A stretch of DNA of 32,000 bases. Source: Trichlorobacter lovleyi SZ (GTDB lineage Bacteria; Desulfobacterota; Desulfuromonadia; Geobacterales; Pseudopelobacteraceae). Under the pieces are notes generated by a model. It ran no database searches. It was not told the origin of the DNA and saw only the letters and a list, made by a program, of their open reading frames with translations. Shown here piece after piece: positions 22,063 to 32,000 of the stretch. A program made the translations under genes and the position numbers. The stretch covers positions 2,190,001-2,222,000 of the forward strand of contig NC_010814.1 of the NCBI RefSeq assembly GCF_000020385.1, given 5' to 3'. The stretch's first letter is position 1, and the number at the start of each line of letters is the position of its first letter.

Positions 22063-25000
22063 TTACTTCAGCTCCTGACAAAGATAGTCCTGCAGCGGCT
22101 TAACCCGTAGTTCCTGCCCCTTCAGGGCAATAATGGCATCGACAGCGGCATTGGCACCGGTGGCAGTGGTGTAATAGGCAACGCTGTGCATCAAGGCTTC
22201 ACGACGGATTGAGAATGAGTCAGCCACGGCCTGGGCTCCCTGGGTGGTGTTGATCACCAGTTGCACCTCGCCGTTTTTCAAGGCATCAACAATATGAGGG
22301 CGGCCTTCCATGACCTTGTTGATCCGACGCACCGGAATACCTTTTTCTTCAAGGAATGACGCCGTACCACCGGTTGCAAGGATGCCGAATCCGGCTTTAT
22401 ACAGTTTTTCAGCAGCAGTGACAACATGTTTCTTATCCCCATCCCGTACGCTGATAAAGGCGTTACCGGAAAGCGGCATCTTGACGTTGGCGCCCAGCTG
22501 CGATTTGGCAAAGGCCTCGGCAAAGCTGTCACCGATTCCCATTACCTCACCGGTAGACTTCATCTCAGGCCCCAGGATGGTATCCACACCTGGAAACTTG
22601 ACAAACGGGAAGACCGCTTCCTTGACTGAAAAGTAATCCGGTACAATGTCACCGGAGACACCCAGTTCTGCCAGGGTTTTGCCAGCCATGATCCGGGCAG
22701 CGATCTTTGCCAGCGGACGACCGGTGGCCTTGGAGACAAACGGAGCGGTACGGGACGCACGGGGGTTAACCTCAAGGATATAGATGGTACCATCCTTGAC
22801 CGCGTACTGGACGTTCATAAGACCGATAACATTCAGCTCAAGGGCCATGATCTCGGTCTGGCGGCGTACCTCGGCAATCAGTTCCTGGGACAATGAGTAA
22901 GGTGGCAGGGAACAGGCGGAATCACCGGAATGGATACCAGCCTCTTCAATATGCTCCATGATCCCGCCGATCACCACCTGCTTGCCATCGCAAAGGGCGT
23001 CCACATCGATCTCAATGGCAGCATCCAGAAATTTATCCACAAGAATCGGATGTTCAGGCGAGGCCTGGACCGCAGTGGTCATATAGCGCCGCAGGTTCTC
23101 CACATCGTAGACAATCTCCATGGCCCGTCCACCCAGTACATAGGAAGGACGTACCACCACCGGATAGCCGATCCGGTTGGCCACCTCTTCAGCCTCTTCA
23201 AAGGAACGGGCCGTACCATTGGCAGGTTGCAGCAGGTCCAGCTTGTGCAGCATTTCCTGGAAACGCTCACGATCCTCAGCCCGGTCAATGGCATCCGGGC
23301 TGGTACCGATGATAGGCACACCGGCCTTTTCAAGGGCCACTGACAACTTGAGCGGCGTCTGGCCGCCAAACTGCACGATCACCCCCACCGGATTTTCCTT
23401 GGCCACGATCTCCAGCACATCCTCCTGGGTCAGCGGCTCAAAGTAGAGACGGTCAGAGGTGTCATAATCAGTGGAAACTGTTTCCGGGTTGCAGTTGACC
23501 ATGATGGTCTCGTAGCCATCCTCTGCCAGGGCAAAGACGCCATGCACGCAGCAGTAGTCAAACTCGATCCCCTGGCCGATCCGGTTGGGTCCCCCCCCCA
23601 GGATGATGATCTTCTTACGGTCGGTTACCTCTGCCTCGCACTCTTCCTCATAGGTTGAATAGAGATAGGGGGTATAGGCCACAAACTCGGCTGCACAGGT
23701 ATCCACCCGTTTGTAAACCGGACGCACCTTCAGGCTCCAGCGCAGTTCACGCACCTGGTCTTCGCTGACCTTCCAGAGCTTTGCCAGCATCTTGTCAGAG
23801 AAACCGTACTGCTTGGCTTCATACAGCTGGTCACGGGTAACAGCAGTTGGATGCAGCCCTTTCAGCTCTTCTTCCTTTTCAATAATCTGGCGCATGTTGT
23901 TCACAAACCAGGGATCAAAGGCGGTATGCTTGTACACCTCATCAACCGTCATGCCGCTGCGCAGGGCATCCCCCAGGTACCAGAGCCGGTCTGCATTGGG
24001 GACACTCAACTTCTCAAGCAGCAGTTGCTGCTCATGGTCAGTCAGGGAACGGCGGGTCTCACTGCCAAGATCAAACAGCTTGGAATCAAAACCGCAGACA
24101 CCGATCTCAAGGGAACGGAGCGCCTTCTGGAACGATTCCTTGAAGGTCCGGCCAATGGCCATCACCTCCCCCACCGACTTCATCTGGGTAGTCAGTGTGG
24201 CGTCGGCAGCCGGGAATTTTTCAAAGGTAAAGCGCGGAATCTTGGTGACCACATAATCGATGGTCGGCTCAAAGCAGGCCGGTGTCTCTCGGGTAATGTC
24301 ATTGCGGATCTCATCCAGAGTATAGCCAACAGCCAGCTTGGCAGCGATCTTGGCAATCGGGAAGCCGGTCGCCTTGGAAGCCAGGGCAGATGAACGGGAG
24401 ACCCGCGGGTTCATTTCGATTACCACCAGACGGCCATCACGGGGATTGATACCGAACTGGATGTTGGAACCTCCGGTATCAACACCGATCTCGCGGATGA
24501 TCTTCAACGAGGCATCCCGCAGGATCTGGTATTCCTTGTCGGTCAGGGTCTGGGCCGGGGCAACGGTGATGGAGTCACCGGTGTGAACCCCCATGGGATC
24601 AAAGTTCTCAATGGAGCAGATGATCACCACGTTGTCAGCCGTGTCCCGCATCACCTCCAGTTCATACTCTTTCCAGCCGATTACCGACTCTTCCACCAGA
24701 ATCTCGTCGGTTGGTGAGGCATCAATCCCCACCATGGCCATCCGCTCGTACTCTTCCATATTGTAGGCGATGCCGCCGCCGGTACCGCCCAGGGTAAAGG
24801 AGGGACGGATAATGGCCGGAAAGCCAACCTGTTTGATCACCTCCATCACCTCTGTACGGTTATGGGCCAGGCCTGATTTAGGTACGGACAGACCGATCTT
24901 CTCCATGGCCTGCTTGAACAGGGTACGATCTTCAGCCTTTTTAATGGCAGGCAGTTTGGCACCGATCAGCTCAACCCCAAACTTGTCCAGAATCCCCATC

Positions 25001-25311
25001 TCTGCCACACTGACTGCCGTGTTCAGGGCGGTCTGCCCCCCCAGGGTGGGCAGTACAGCGTCTGGACGTTCTTTCTCAATGATCTTGGCCAGAATCTCAG
25101 GGGTGACCGGCTCGACATAGGTACGATCAGCAAAATCCGGGTCGGTCATGATGGTGGCCGGGTTACTGTTCAGCAATACCACCTCGTAGCCTTCCTCTTT
25201 CAGCGCCTTGCAGGCCTGGGTACCGGAATAGTCAAACTCGCAGGCCTGGCCGATCACGATCGGCCCTGCTCCGATAATCAGAATCTTTTTGATATCTGTT
25301 CTTTTAGGCAT
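22063..25311 (-). CDS. carB: Carbamoyl-phosphate synthase large subunit
   Basis: About 1080 aa with duplicated ATP-grasp halves ([30 protein letters not shown]... and [22 protein letters not shown]) and a C-terminal MGS-like domain. ATG 25311 follows AAGGAG. Confidence 0.97.
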   Translation of the reverse strand: MPKRTDIKKILIIGAGPIVIGQACEFDYSGTQACKALKEEGYEVVLLNSNPATIMTDPDFADRTYVEPVTPEILAKIIEKERPDAVLPTLGGQTALNTAVSVAEMGILDKFGVELIGAKLPAIKKAEDRTLFKQAMEKIGLSVPKSGLAHNRTEVMEVIKQVGFPAIIRPSFTLGGTGGGIAYNMEEYERMAMVGIDASPTDEILVEESVIGWKEYELEVMRDTADNVVIICSIENFDPMGVHTGDSITVAPAQTLTDKEYQILRDASLKIIREIGVDTGGSNIQFGINPRDGRLVVIEMNPRVSRSSALASKATGFPIAKIAAKLAVGYTLDEIRNDITRETPACFEPTIDYVVTKIPRFTFEKFPAADATLTTQMKSVGEVMAIGRTFKESFQKALRSLEIGVCGFDSKLFDLGSETRRSLTDHEQQLLLEKLSVPNADRLWYLGDALRSGMTVDEVYKHTAFDPWFVNNMRQIIEKEEELKGLHPTAVTRDQLYEAKQYGFSDKMLAKLWKVSEDQVRELRWSLKVRPVYKRVDTCAAEFVAYTPYLYSTYEEECEAEVTDRKKIIILGGGPNRIGQGIEFDYCCVHGVFALAEDGYETIMVNCNPETVSTDYDTSDRLYFEPLTQEDVLEIVAKENPVGVIVQFGGQTPLKLSVALEKAGVPIIGTSPDAIDRAEDRERFQEMLHKLDLLQPANGTARSFEEAEEVANRIGYPVVVRPSYVLGGRAMEIVYDVENLRRYMTTAVQASPEHPILVDKFLDAAIEIDVDALCDGKQVVIGGIMEHIEEAGIHSGDSACSLPPYSLSQELIAEVRRQTEIMALELNVIGLMNVQYAVKDGTIYILEVNPRASRTAPFVSKATGRPLAKIAARIMAGKTLAELGVSGDIVPDYFSVKEAVFPFVKFPGVDTILGPEMKSTGEVMGIGDSFAEAFAKSQLGANVKMPLSGNAFISVRDGDKKHVVTAAEKLYKAGFGILATGGTASFLEEKGIPVRRINKVMEGRPHIVDALKNGEVQLVINTTQGAQAVADSFSIRREALMHSVAYYTTATGANAAVDAIIALKGQELRVKPLQDYLCQELK

Positions 25312-25333
25312 GTACAACTCCTTGCAAAATTAG

Positions 25334-25392
25334 GAAATGCGATTTTTTCGTCAAGATCAAGGACCATCGAGATTGACAAAAGAACGCATTTC
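25334..25392 (-). terminator. Long imperfect hairpin (GAAATGCG...GTCAA...TTGAC...CGCATTTC) between the DMT gene stop and the carB RBS
   Basis: 8-bp outer and 5-bp inner inverted repeats, followed on the minus strand by CUAAUUUUG. Possible terminator or attenuator. Confidence 0.35.
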
Positions 25393-25722
25393 TCAGCGAA
25401 ATATAAAGTAAACTGCCCCGGCCAGACAACATCCGGCCCAGAGGTAATCAAGTTTTAACGGAACCCCCATATACAGCACTGCAAACGGGACAAACACCGC
25501 CAGGGTAATCACTTCCTGAGTGATCTTCAACTGCGCCAGACTGAAGGTGCCATGATACCCGATCCGGTTGGCCGGCACCTGCACCAGGTACTCAAAAAAC
25601 GCGATCCCCCACGAGACCAGCACAGCAATAAACCAATGCCGGTTGTTCAGATTCTTTAAGTGGGCATACCAGGCAAAGGTCATGAAAATATTTGAGATAA
25701 ACAGCAGGACAACGGTTCTCAT
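25393..25722 (-). CDS. DMT-superfamily small membrane protein (DUF486-like)
   Basis: 109 aa, 4 TM, FMTFAWYAHLK motif. 4-nt ATGA overlap with the upstream gene. Confidence 0.75.
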   Translation of the reverse strand: MRTVVLLFISNIFMTFAWYAHLKNLNNRHWFIAVLVSWGIAFFEYLVQVPANRIGYHGTFSLAQLKITQEVITLAVFVPFAVLYMGVPLKLDYLWAGCCLAGAVYFIFR

Positions 25723-26183
25723 GCCGGTTCGGTTATTTCACCTGTAGCAAGATACTTTTGCAATGCTGCCACATGTTCATGGTCGGCTGCCATCATGGCC
25801 TTGAAAAGCCGGTTGATCGAATGGTCATCAAAACAGAGCACTGCCTTAAGGTGTGTTTCAACCAGCTGTTCTTCCAGACTGATTGACAGTTTCAGCGCCT
25901 GTTCCGGGCTTGGCGGTGCCTGCAAAACCTTGTCGTGCACCCCGCGAACAGCATCAAGAATCTTATGCAATCGCTCAACACTGACTGAAGCATCAGGTGT
26001 CAGTTGTGACGAATAGAGCCGGCTGGCCATCAGGAACTGCTGTTCATGGTTCAGCTCTTCCCGGGCTGTCTTCTGCCAGAGCTCTGAAAGTTGCGGAGCT
26101 TCAGCATAAAGTTGCCCGAACTGAAAGTAGAGATCGCTGACCGCTCTTTCAATTTTTGCACAGGTATTGAGTAGTTCTTTCAT
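25719..26183 (-). CDS. Ferritin-like / rubrerythrin-like di-iron four-helix-bundle protein
   Basis: E-x-x-H type pairs (REELNHEQ, AADHEHV) spaced as in ferritin-like proteins. AAGAGG RBS. Confidence 0.55.
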   Translation of the reverse strand: MKELLNTCAKIERAVSDLYFQFGQLYAEAPQLSELWQKTAREELNHEQQFLMASRLYSSQLTPDASVSVERLHKILDAVRGVHDKVLQAPPSPEQALKLSISLEEQLVETHLKAVLCFDDHSINRLFKAMMAADHEHVAALQKYLATGEITEPA

Positions 26184-26204
26184 GCCAACCTCTTGCCGGG
26201 CAAG

Positions 26205-27131
26205 TCAAATACGGTCACGCTCCTGATCCAGCTCCTGCACCCAACCGTTTTCAAGACCAGCTTCTTCAAGCACCGCAACTGCTGCGTCATACTCATCGTG
26301 GCTCAGCGCACGATTAATCCCATCTGTGCGGGTGGCTTTCCAGGCTGGAAAATACTGGCTCATCAAGGCAATATGGGTTTCGGGCCCCAGCTGCCTGGCT
26401 ATCCAGGGTAATGTCTCGGCTGAACCAGCCCTGGCCTGCGGCAACACCAGGTGGCGAATGATCAGCCCCTGCACCGCAATCCCGTTTTCATCAACCTGCA
26501 GCTGTCCCACCTGACGCAGCATCTCTGTCACAGCACGCCGGTTAGTGGCCGCATAGCCCGGTGCATTGGACAAGACAATGGCCTGAGCATCATCGGCATA
26601 CTTCATGTCCGGTAAATAGACACTGACCACACCGTCCAACAGCTGCAACGCCTCAACGGTCTCATAGCCGCTGGAGTTCCAGACTATCGGCAGTTGAAAC
26701 CCCTGTGGAATAGCCAGCCAGAGCGCTGCCAGAAACTGAGGCAACCAATGGGTAGGGGTCACCAGATTCAGGTTGTGGGCTCCCCGCTTCTGCAGCCCCA
26801 GCATCCGTTTTGCCAGCTCTGCGGTGCTGATGCTCTCGCCATTATTCTGCTGACTGATCGGATAGTTTTGGCAGAAAAGACAGCTTAGGGTGCAGCCTGA
26901 AAAAAAGATCGTGCCGGAGCCTCTGCTGCCGCTGATCGGTGGTTCTTCTCCCCGGTGCAGGTTGGCTGATGCTATCCGCGGCATGAGTCCGCTTTTGCAC
27001 CTACCCTGCTCACCCTTGATCCGGTTTACTCCGCAATGATGCGGACAGAGGTCACAGCTGGCCAACCTTTGATATGCCGTACGAACCCGCTGCAGCAGTT
27101 CACCTGATTGATAAAGAGCGTGGTATTGCAT
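26205..27131 (-). CDS. Radical SAM protein (PflX-like putative activase family)
   Basis: CTLSCLFCQN (CX3CX2C) plus an N-terminal Cys cluster CDLCPHHC...C. Confidence 0.8.
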   Translation of the reverse strand: MQYHALYQSGELLQRVRTAYQRLASCDLCPHHCGVNRIKGEQGRCKSGLMPRIASANLHRGEEPPISGSRGSGTIFFSGCTLSCLFCQNYPISQQNNGESISTAELAKRMLGLQKRGAHNLNLVTPTHWLPQFLAALWLAIPQGFQLPIVWNSSGYETVEALQLLDGVVSVYLPDMKYADDAQAIVLSNAPGYAATNRRAVTEMLRQVGQLQVDENGIAVQGLIIRHLVLPQARAGSAETLPWIARQLGPETHIALMSQYFPAWKATRTDGINRALSHDEYDAAVAVLEEAGLENGWVQELDQERDRI

Positions 27132-27152
27132 AAATACTTAACTGAGGCCTGC

Positions 27153-28274
27153 CTAACGATGCTGCTCCATCATTTCAACAAACCGCCCAAACAGATACTG
27201 CGAATCATGGGGGCCTGGTGATGCCTCTGGGTGATGCTGTACCGAGAACACCGGCAGAGTGCAATGCCGGATACCTTCAACGGTCTGATCATTCAGGTTT
27301 TCATGCCCCAGACAGGCCACATCACCCAGTGACGCGAGATCTACGGCAAAGCCATGGTTCTGGGACGTTATCTCCACAACGCGGGTAGACATATCCATGA
27401 CCGGCAGGTTTGAGCCATGATTACCGAACGGCAGTTTGACGGTCCTGCCCCCCAGAGCCAGACCCAGCAGCTGATGCCCCAGACAGATACCGAAAACCGG
27501 CTTTTTACCGATAAATTTACGGATCTCCTGCTGCACAGCCACCAGCGGTTCAGGGTCGCCAGGGCCGTTACTCAGGAAGATACCATCAGGATTCATGGCC
27601 AGGGCCTCTTCAGCCGGGAAGGTAGCGGGAACCACGGTCACATCACAGCCGGCATCCACCAGACAGCGCAGGATATTGTATTTGATGCCAAAGTCATAGG
27701 CCACTACTTTGTATTTCAGGGTGGCAGGATCAATCTGGGGATAGCCCTCTCCCAGTTTCCAGGCCCCTTCAGTCCAGTGGTACGGCTTGTCACAGGAAAC
27801 ACCTGAAGCCAGATCAAGACCTGCCATGCTGGGTATGGCCCTGGCCTTGGCCACCAGCGAGGCATGGTCAAAATCCACAGTGGAGATGATCCCGTTCTGT
27901 GCCCCCTTATCCCGCAGGTGGCGGGTCAGGGCACGGGTATCCAGTCCATGGATACCAACCACACCATTCTCTTTCAGATAGGCATCCAGAGACATGGTGG
28001 AACGGAAGTTGGAAGGAAAGTCCAGATACTCCCGCACAATAAAACCTGACAGAAACAGTCCACGGCTCTCGATATCCTCAGGGTTGATGCCGGTGTTGCC
28101 AATCTGGGTGTAGGTCATGGTGACCATCTGTCCCTTGTAAGAGGGATCAGTCAGCACCTCCTGATAACCGGTCATGGCAGTGTTGAATACCACCTCACCG
28201 GAGGCTTCACCACCGGCTCCAAATGATTTGCCTTCAAAGATGCGCCCATCAGCCAGCGCAAGGATTGCTTTCAT
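27153..28274 (-). CDS. carA: Carbamoyl-phosphate synthase small (glutamine amidotransferase) subunit
   Basis: [13 protein letters not shown]...[24 protein letters not shown] catalytic Cys, HHPE. Confidence 0.95.
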   Translation of the reverse strand: MKAILALADGRIFEGKSFGAGGEASGEVVFNTAMTGYQEVLTDPSYKGQMVTMTYTQIGNTGINPEDIESRGLFLSGFIVREYLDFPSNFRSTMSLDAYLKENGVVGIHGLDTRALTRHLRDKGAQNGIISTVDFDHASLVAKARAIPSMAGLDLASGVSCDKPYHWTEGAWKLGEGYPQIDPATLKYKVVAYDFGIKYNILRCLVDAGCDVTVVPATFPAEEALAMNPDGIFLSNGPGDPEPLVAVQQEIRKFIGKKPVFGICLGHQLLGLALGGRTVKLPFGNHGSNLPVMDMSTRVVEITSQNHGFAVDLASLGDVACLGHENLNDQTVEGIRHCTLPVFSVQHHPEASPGPHDSQYLFGRFVEMMEQHR

Positions 28275-28298
28275 GCGTTAGTACTCCTGAATTCTTGA

Positions 28299-29576
28299 TT
28301 ATCTACCTGAAAATACGATCTTACCACCAACAACGGTACATGCTGCCGCACCGGCCATGGTTGCCCCCAGCCAGGGTGAGTTCTTGGATTTGCTGGCAAG
28401 GGCCGACTCTGTCACAGTCCACTGCTTGGCCGGATCAATCACGGTAATGTCAGCCACGTTGCCCGCCTTAAGAGATCCACGACCAAGGCCCAATAATTCT
28501 GACGGCTTGCAACTCATCTTTTCAATCAATTGCGAAAGGTTCAGCACCCCTTCATCCACCAGCTTGAGCGAGAGCGGTAATGAGGTTTCCAACCCCACAA
28601 TACCGTTCATGGCCTCGTTAAATTCTACATCCTTCTCATCCAGGTGATGGGGGGCATGGTCAGTTGCAATGCAGTCAATGGTGCCATCCTTCAGGCCAGC
28701 CTTGATCGCTGCCAGATCGTCAGCCTCACGTAGAGGCGGATTCATCTTGGCATTGGTATTATACCCCCGCACCGCGTCGTCCGTAAGCGTGAAGTAGTGC
28801 GGTGCCGTCTCGCAGGTTACCTTAACGCCGCGGCCCTTTGCCTCCCGTATAATCCGTACGGCACCTTTGGTGGATACATGGGCAATATGGATCGGCGCCC
28901 CAACATACTCAGCCAGCATGATCTCACGGGCAGTGGCAATATCCTCCGCCACCCTGGGGATTCCCTTTAGCCCTAATTCGGTTGAGGTAAATCCCTCGTT
29001 CATCACCCCTTCACCCACCAGCTCCAACTCTTCTGCATGGGAGATGACCATAATGCCGATACCGGCAGCATACTGCAAGGCGCGCCGCATCAACTCACTG
29101 TTTTTGACCGGCTTGCCGTCATCAGACACCGCCACACAGCCAGACTCTTTTAGCTCGCCCATCTCAGCCAGACGGTCACCGTGCATCCCCTGGGTGATGG
29201 TCCCAACTGGAAAGACATTGCATGCCCCTTCAGTCTTGGCCTTATTAATGATGTAGGAAGCAATCGCCTTGTTATCAATGGCAGGCTTGGTGTTGGGCAT
29301 GCAGCAGACCGAGGTAAAACCACCAGCCACCGCAGCCCTGGTACCGGAGATAATATCTTCTTTATACTCCAGGCCTGGGTCACGCAGATGCACATGCATG
29401 TCGATCAGACCCGGCACCACGTACTTACCGCTTGCATCGATGGTCTCTGCACCAGCCGAGGTTGCCAGTCCTTTGCCAATCTCTTTAACCAGACCGTTTT
29501 CCACCACAACATCAAGGGTATCATCAATCCCCTGGCTGGGATCAATCACTCTGCCGCCTTTGATCAGAAGATTCAT
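28299..29576 (-). CDS. pyrC: Dihydroorotase
   Basis: [10 protein letters not shown] metal-binding motif, about 425 aa, between pyrB and carA. Confidence 0.94.
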   Translation of the reverse strand: MNLLIKGGRVIDPSQGIDDTLDVVVENGLVKEIGKGLATSAGAETIDASGKYVVPGLIDMHVHLRDPGLEYKEDIISGTRAAVAGGFTSVCCMPNTKPAIDNKAIASYIINKAKTEGACNVFPVGTITQGMHGDRLAEMGELKESGCVAVSDDGKPVKNSELMRRALQYAAGIGIMVISHAEELELVGEGVMNEGFTSTELGLKGIPRVAEDIATAREIMLAEYVGAPIHIAHVSTKGAVRIIREAKGRGVKVTCETAPHYFTLTDDAVRGYNTNAKMNPPLREADDLAAIKAGLKDGTIDCIATDHAPHHLDEKDVEFNEAMNGIVGLETSLPLSLKLVDEGVLNLSQLIEKMSCKPSELLGLGRGSLKAGNVADITVIDPAKQWTVTESALASKSKNSPWLGATMAGAAACTVVGGKIVFSGR

Positions 29577-29618
29577 ATGGTCACCTCATAAGAGTTAAAT
29601 TAACAAACGTCCATACTG

Positions 29619-29736
29619 ATGCAGTCATTTTTTCGCAAGGTCAAGGCATGCAAGGAATTGCGGCGGAGGCGTACCTTGCAGTACGTCAAGCACGCAATTA
29701 CGCAGCATAACGCCGAGATTGCGGAAAAAGGGCTGC
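29619..29736. repeat. ~118-bp highly self-complementary element in the pyrB-pyrC spacer
   Basis: Terminal inverted repeats TGATGCAG / CTGCATCA. Nested complementary pairs TTTTTTCGCAA / TTGCGGAAAAA and GAATTGCG / CGCAATT(A). Confidence 0.4.
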
Positions 29737-29737
29737 A

Positions 29738-30670
29738 TCATTCAACATTGCCGCCACCACAGACGTGATACAACATCGCCATCCGTACAGCCACGCCATT
29801 TTCCACCTGTTTCAGGATATGAGACTGATTGCCATCCACCACATAGGAGGACATCTCAACCCCGCGGTTGATCGGGCCCGGATGCATCACCATGGCATCC
29901 GGCTTGGCCCACTTAACATTCTCCGGGTTTAACCCAAAATAGCGGGAATATTCACGGGTATTGGGCATCAGGGTCTTGCCCTGACGTTCCTGCTGGATTC
30001 GCAGCATGATCACCACGTCTGCGTCCTGGATCGCCTCTTTCATGGTGCCGCAAACAGTGACATTACCCAACTGCTCCACGCCAGGTGGCATCATGGTAGG
30101 GGGGCCAGCCAGAAAGATGGAAGAGCCCATCTTGGTCAGTCCCTGAATGTTAGAGCGGGCCACCCGACTGTGGGTAATATCGCCTACCATGGCCACCTTA
30201 AGGCCATCCAACCTGCCAAACTTATCCTTGATAGTCAACATATCCAGCAGTCCCTGGGAGGGATGCTCGTGGGCACCGTCACCGGCATTGATAATGGAGC
30301 AACCGACCTTCTTGGATAAGAAGTAATGGGAACCGGAGACCGCATGACGCATCACAATGATGTCCGGCTTCATGGCCAGCAGGTTCAGAGCCGTATCAGC
30401 CAGGGTTTCACCCTTGGTGGCAGAGCTGTTGGAGGGGGCAATATTGACCGTATCAGCTGAAAGCCGCTTACCTGCAATCTCAAATGAGGTACGGGTACGG
30501 GTGGATGATTCGTAGAACAGGTTGATGATGGTCTTGCCCCGCAGGGTGGGCACCTTCTTGATATCCCGGCTGTTCACCTCTCGCATGTTTTCAGCAGTGG
30601 AGATCAACAACTCAATCTCTTCCTTGCTCAGGTCACGCAGTGCAATAATATCCTTATGCTTGAATTCCAT
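29738..30670 (-). CDS. pyrB: Aspartate carbamoyltransferase catalytic subunit
   Basis: STRTR, HPSQ-type and PGP motifs. 310 aa. Confidence 0.96.
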   Translation of the reverse strand: MEFKHKDIIALRDLSKEEIELLISTAENMREVNSRDIKKVPTLRGKTIINLFYESSTRTRTSFEIAGKRLSADTVNIAPSNSSATKGETLADTALNLLAMKPDIIVMRHAVSGSHYFLSKKVGCSIINAGDGAHEHPSQGLLDMLTIKDKFGRLDGLKVAMVGDITHSRVARSNIQGLTKMGSSIFLAGPPTMMPPGVEQLGNVTVCGTMKEAIQDADVVIMLRIQQERQGKTLMPNTREYSRYFGLNPENVKWAKPDAMVMHPGPINRGVEMSSYVVDGNQSHILKQVENGVAVRMAMLYHVCGGGNVE

Positions 30671-30682
30671 GGCCCCTCCCCT

Positions 30683-31315
<633 letters not shown>

Positions 31316-31390
31316 TTAACCTCACGGGGTTAGATTAAAAGGCAGATATGAAAAGAAGTGAGCTACTCTACCACTCTCCAGCGAAAACGG

Positions 31391-32000
31391 TCAAGGAGAA
31401 GTTTTGACCGAAGCCATATGAATCGCCCTGATAAAGGTAGCCTCGGTTGCCTGCTTGATCTCCTCGATCACCGCCTGGGAAACAGCGGAATCAATCGAGA
31501 GGATGACCATTGCCTCACCTTTTTTCTCACTGCGCCCCAGGTTCATGGAACCGATATTGATCTCATGCTTGCCCATGATGGTGCCAATCTTGCCGATCAT
31601 ACCGGGACGGTCAGCATAATGCAGCAACAGCATATGCTCTTCCGGGGTAAAGTCCATGGCATAGTCACGCAACCGGACAATGCGTGGTGCTCCTTCAAAG
31701 AGCGCACCGGCAATGGTGCGACGCTTGCCGTCACCTTCAGCAATCAGGGTAATCAGGTTGGAAAAGGCATCAGCCGAAGTAGTCTTGGTCTCTTCCACCA
31801 CAATCCCCATCTGCTCGGCGATCAGGGAGGCGTTCACCATGTTGACATCCTGGTCAACCACCCGTCCCAGCAGTGCTGCCAGACCACACACCGTCAGCGG
31901 TGAACAGTCATAGTGGGCAATGGCACCGGCATAACTGAAGGTGATCTTCTCTGGATGACCATCCAGCAACTGGATACCAAAATCAGCCATTACATTAACC
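31391..32000 (-). CDS. serA: D-3-phosphoglycerate dehydrogenase, C-terminal ASB plus ACT domains (5' part beyond window end)
   Basis: The frame stays open to the window edge. The ACT-domain segment HMLLLHYADRPGMIGKIGTIMGKHEINIGSMNLGR is typical of long-form SerA. Confidence 0.85.
   Translation of the reverse strand, partial: VNVMADFGIQLLDGHPEKITFSYAGAIAHYDCSPLTVCGLAALLGRVVDQDVNMVNASLIAEQMGIVVEETKTTSADAFSNLITLIAEGDGKRRTIAGALFEGAPRIVRLRDYAMDFTPEEHMLLLHYADRPGMIGKIGTIMGKHEINIGSMNLGRSEKKGEAMVILSIDSAVSQAVIEEIKQATEATFIRAIHMASVKTSP

Overview
The window looks like chromosomal DNA from a Geobacter/Desulfuromonadales-type deltaproteobacterium. That placement is an inference from gene content and synteny, because no homology search could be run. 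Core blocks are: (i) the 3' part of a membrane-bound group-1 [NiFe] hydrogenase operon, small subunit, large subunit and cytochrome b (1-3134, minus strand); (ii) a respiratory/regulatory block (3800-12250) with a multi-rhodanese lipoprotein, a NifX-like protein, tandem micro-ORFs, an IS1595-derived protein, a CbcL-like nine-haem c / b-type cytochrome fusion, a PAS-PAS sigma-54 activator and a TPR protein; (iii) divergent ppk1 and a UvrD/Rep/PcrA-family helicase; (iv) a long minus-strand pyrimidine block, serA' then pyrR-pyrB-pyrC-carA, three inserted genes, then carB-greA. The strongest find is a complete diversity-generating retroelement (DGR) at 17.5-21.0 kb. It has an RT, an Avd-like protein, one 122-nt Asn-codon-rich template repeat and two variable repeats at the 3' ends of two secreted DUF1566/C-type-lectin-fold targets. 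VR/TR differences are almost exclusively at template adenines. A (TGCTG)12 microsatellite and a terminator-bearing leader lie upstream, and a VapBC pair lies next to it. Second: the two rhodanese ORFs in the supplied track are one reading frame interrupted by a single in-frame TGA at the catalytic position. A 7-bp hairpin with a GGUCU loop follows 14 nt downstream, so this is a probable selenocysteine-containing rhodanese. Third: two sigma-54-type promoters with TGTTGCA/TGCAACA palindromes precede three ORFs sharing an MKAK-x-N-[FY]-S N-terminus. This may be the regulon of the adjacent Cys-rich PAS activator. All product names rest on motifs recognised by eye and need HMM/BLAST confirmation.
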